This document shows, in pieces, positions 61,112 to 64,000 of a stretch of 64,000 nt of DNA; position 1 is the stretch's first letter, and every line of letters begins with the position of its first letter. Source of the stretch: an uncultured Clostridia bacterium (GTDB taxonomy: Bacteria; Bacillota; Clostridia; TANB77; CAG-465); NCBI GenBank assembly GCA_947632635.1, contig CANRQA010000001.1, positions 44,809 to 108,808 on the forward strand, in the 5' to 3' direction. A program made the position numbers and the translations under genes. The notes beneath the pieces are model-generated. The model saw nothing but the letters and a program-made list of their open reading frames with translations. It ran no database searches and was not told the DNA's origin.

Positions 61112-63115
61112 ATGGAAGAATTAATAGAAAGTATATGTGATTATGTAAGAAAACCATATACTGATTACGCTATTATGTTAAATGGTGAATGGGGAAGCGG
61201 AAAAACATATTTTTGGAATAATAAACTAAGAAGTAGGCTTGAGTCAATAAAAGTAAATGGCAAAAATTACAAAACTATATATATGTCATTATATGGTATA
61301 AATAGTTTAGAAGAAATAAGTAAGAAAATATTTATAGAAACTAACCCTACTATTAGCAAAACTTTAAAAAAATTTGTAGATACAAGACAAGGAAATTTAA
61401 TACCTGAATATGTTAAAACAGGTCTTGATATGGCAAACCTTTTTGGTAGTATTAACTTAAATCAAGAAAAAGTTGATTTTTCAAAATCTTTTGCTATAGA
61501 TGATAAAATTTTATGTTTTGATGACCTTGAAAGAGCGAATGTTGATGTAATAGATATTTTAGGATATATAAATAATTTTGTTGAACATGATGGTATAAAA
61601 ACTATACTTATTTGTAATGAAAAAGAACTTGCTACAAAATTTAAAAATAGCAATATGGAAATAAAGACTTTAATTGCTACATATATTTTAGATAAAGAGG
61701 GAAATTTAGTAGTAAAAGATAAAAAGCCAGATAAATTTCTTGGTGAAAAAGATAATAAAGAAGAAGTAAATAAACCTCTTGCTGACCTTATCGAAGATAA
61801 AATTACAGATATATTTGATAGAGCAAATGCTTATGAACGTATAAAAGAAAAATTAATTGGTGAAACTTTTGAATATGTTCCTGAATATCCATATATTTTA
61901 AATGGTATGGTTATGAAATATTCATATAATGAAGCATTAATTGACTTTTATAAAAGAAACTCATATATTATAATTGCAGCATTTAAAAAATCAGGAACTG
62001 GAAATTTAAGAATATTAAAACACGCATTAAATGATTTTGAAAAAATATTTACATATACTTTAAGAGATTATCCAAATATAAATTATGATATATTAAAAAC
62101 AATGCTAACATTTACTATTGCAATGTCATTTGAAATAAAAGCAGGAAATAAAGTAAAAGAAAAACTAAGACTTATAAAAGATAATGATGACTATAATTCA
62201 ATTATATTTACATCACAAATTTTAAATGATAATAATCAATTTTACTTAAGAGAGTTTGATAATAAATATTTCCTAAATGATAATTCTAAATATAAATTCT
62301 TTAAGTTTATAGAATTTTACGTTAGAACAAGAGTATTTGATGAAAAACTATTTAAAGAAGATATGGATAATGCAACAGCTTCATTTAAAGATGAAAAAGA
62401 AGTTAAAAGTAAAAATTACATAAAATTATTAAATGGTGATTATTGGAAACTATCTGATTTTGAATTTGATAGCTTATGGCAACAAGTATTAGAAGAAGTA
62501 AGAGTTGGTAAAGTAGAATTTGTTGAATATGTTAAATTGTTTGTTGTATTCAAATATTTAATAAATATTGGACTTGTTAAAGTATCTGTGAATGATTTAA
62601 AAATGTCTTTTCAATTTGGTATGCAGATTGCCGCATCTCAAAGCATGGAGAGCATAGCAGTTATTTCTCCTGATTATGATATGAATGTAGATTATGATAC
62701 TGAGGATAAAGATATTCAGGAAATAAAAGACAAATATGTTGAAATAAAACAAAAAGCAATTGCTGAGGCTGCTGCAAATAAGGCTGTTGAATTATTTAAA
62801 TTACTTCCAAGTAATATTGATGAATTCTATAAACAAATGATGAACGATTATGCTGATTTACCTGTATTTTCTAAATATGACATGGATGATTTATATGATA
62901 AACTTGAACTTACACAAAATTATGAGTTGTATAATCTAATAAATCTACTTAAAGTTAGATATAAAGATAAAGATGAGTTATTAATGGAGGATATTAGAAA
63001 TTTAAGAAAATTAGTAGATATTATAAAGAAAAATAAAGCACAAAAGGAAAGGACAATAAAACAAGCTCTATTTGATAATTTGGCAAAAGTAATTGAAAAT
63101 TTGGATAAGAAATAA
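61112..63115 (+). CDS. KAP-family P-loop NTPase
   Basis: Walker A with the KAP-typical Trp (LNGEWGSGKTYFW), Walker B ILCFDDLER, long helical C-terminal region; own promoter TTGAAA-N17-TAGAAT (61054-61082), RBS AGAGGTGAAAA. Confidence 0.7.
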   Translation: MEELIESICDYVRKPYTDYAIMLNGEWGSGKTYFWNNKLRSRLESIKVNGKNYKTIYMSLYGINSLEEISKKIFIETNPTISKTLKKFVDTRQGNLIPEYVKTGLDMANLFGSINLNQEKVDFSKSFAIDDKILCFDDLERANVDVIDILGYINNFVEHDGIKTILICNEKELATKFKNSNMEIKTLIATYILDKEGNLVVKDKKPDKFLGEKDNKEEVNKPLADLIEDKITDIFDRANAYERIKEKLIGETFEYVPEYPYILNGMVMKYSYNEALIDFYKRNSYIIIAAFKKSGTGNLRILKHALNDFEKIFTYTLRDYPNINYDILKTMLTFTIAMSFEIKAGNKVKEKLRLIKDNDDYNSIIFTSQILNDNNQFYLREFDNKYFLNDNSKYKFFKFIEFYVRTRVFDEKLFKEDMDNATASFKDEKEVKSKNYIKLLNGDYWKLSDFEFDSLWQQVLEEVRVGKVEFVEYVKLFVVFKYLINIGLVKVSVNDLKMSFQFGMQIAASQSMESIAVISPDYDMNVDYDTEDKDIQEIKDKYVEIKQKAIAEAAANKAVELFKLLPSNIDEFYKQMMNDYADLPVFSKYDMDDLYDKLELTQNYELYNLINLLKVRYKDKDELLMEDIRNLRKLVDIIKKNKAQKERTIKQALFDNLAKVIENLDKK

Positions 63116-63350
63116 ATTACATTTAGTAGTCATAATACTAGAAAAAATAACATGATATGTGTTAAAATATATGCATATCATGTTGTTTTTTTTTTTAAAC
63201 TGGATATTTTTAGAAATTATGGAAAAAATTTCCTATGACAAATTTACTTTTTTGCGATAAACTATTAATGAAAAAATAAAAACTTTAAAATTTAAGTATA
63301 AATTTAATTTAATAACAAATAATATTATTAAATTAAGCTAGGAGGTAAAA

Positions 63351-63896
63351 ATGAAAGCAACAGGAATCGTAAGAAAAATTGATGATTTAGGAAGGGTAGT
63401 AATCCCAAAAGAGATTAGGAAAAATTTGCATATTCGTGAAGGAGACCCATTAGAAATTTTTATTGAAAGAAATGGAGAAATTGTACTTAAAAAATTTACA
63501 GCAATGACAGATATGTTAGATGTTGTTAATCATTATGCTGAAACATTATACAAAACTACTGGATTTTCAGTTTGTATTGCAGACCATGAAACAATACTTG
63601 CAGTTGCAGGAGCATCTAAAAATGAATTTTTAGCAAAAGAAATTAGTGAGCATATTGCTTATGTTATGGATGAAAGAGCAATTTGGTCTACTTTAAAAGA
63701 AGCTCCAAAACCTATTATACTTGGTGAAAAAGCAAAAAAATATACTGAACAAATTGTTGCGCCAATAATTTCAGAAGCAGATGCAGTAGGTGCTGTGATT
63801 TTATTTACTACTGATAGTTCAAAAAAAATTACAAATGTTGAGTATAAACTTGCAGAATCTGCAGCAACTTTTCTTGCTAAACAAATGTCATCATAG
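63351..63896 (+). CDS. spoVT: stage V sporulation protein T (AbrB-type N-domain plus GAF-like C-domain)
   Basis: N-terminus MKATGIVRKIDDLGRVVIPKEIRKNLHIREGDPLEIF (SpoVT/AbrB swapped-hairpin) and ~125-aa C-terminal domain; length 181 aa typical for SpoVT; RBS TAGGAGGTAAA. Confidence 0.9.
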   Translation: MKATGIVRKIDDLGRVVIPKEIRKNLHIREGDPLEIFIERNGEIVLKKFTAMTDMLDVVNHYAETLYKTTGFSVCIADHETILAVAGASKNEFLAKEISEHIAYVMDERAIWSTLKEAPKPIILGEKAKKYTEQIVAPIISEADAVGAVILFTTDSSKKITNVEYKLAESAATFLAKQMSS

Positions 63897-64000
63897 GTTA
63901 TAATTTTCCAAATATAACTAATATAATATTTTCATCTTTTACACATAATATTTATATGTGAGGTGAAAATATTTTGTTTTTTTATACCCCAAAAAAGTCA

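Overview
Very AT-rich (roughly 27-28% GC by eye) chromosomal window, consistent with a Clostridia-type Firmicute. Most genes sit on the + strand and are housekeeping: lepA, an RlmB-like methylase, a U32 peptidase, a two-gene sufC-sufB/D, a YabB-like methyltransferase plus rsmI, rnhB, xth, fba, pnp, glyQS, cdaA, greA-lysS, dCMP deaminase, trmL, sodA, pyrG, recD2 and spoVT. There are two lone tRNA genes: elongator tRNA-Met (CAT) on + and initiator tRNA-fMet on -. Each has a recognisable promoter and intrinsic terminator. Accessory or unusual content: (1) a TIR-NB-ARC/STAND-TPR protein, a candidate Avs/NLR-like antiphage gene; (2) a single ORF at ~46% GC with a perfect TTGACA-N17-TATAAT promoter, GGAGG RBS and strong terminator, inserted between a Ca-ATPase gene and recD2, looking like a recently acquired gene of unknown function; (3) a KAP-family P-loop NTPase (the PifA family) directly downstream of recD2; (4) a surface protein with two long in-frame tandem-repeat arrays; (5) GC-elevated non-coding islands and a promoter/terminator-bounded repeat-bearing element upstream of pnp, both candidate small RNAs; (6) a P-loop-Asp23 fusion protein; (7) three genes (U32 peptidase, rnhB, spoVB) each split by an apparent +1 frameshift, which could be true pseudogenes or assembly indels. 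I saw no CRISPR array, no rRNA, and no transposase or integrase.
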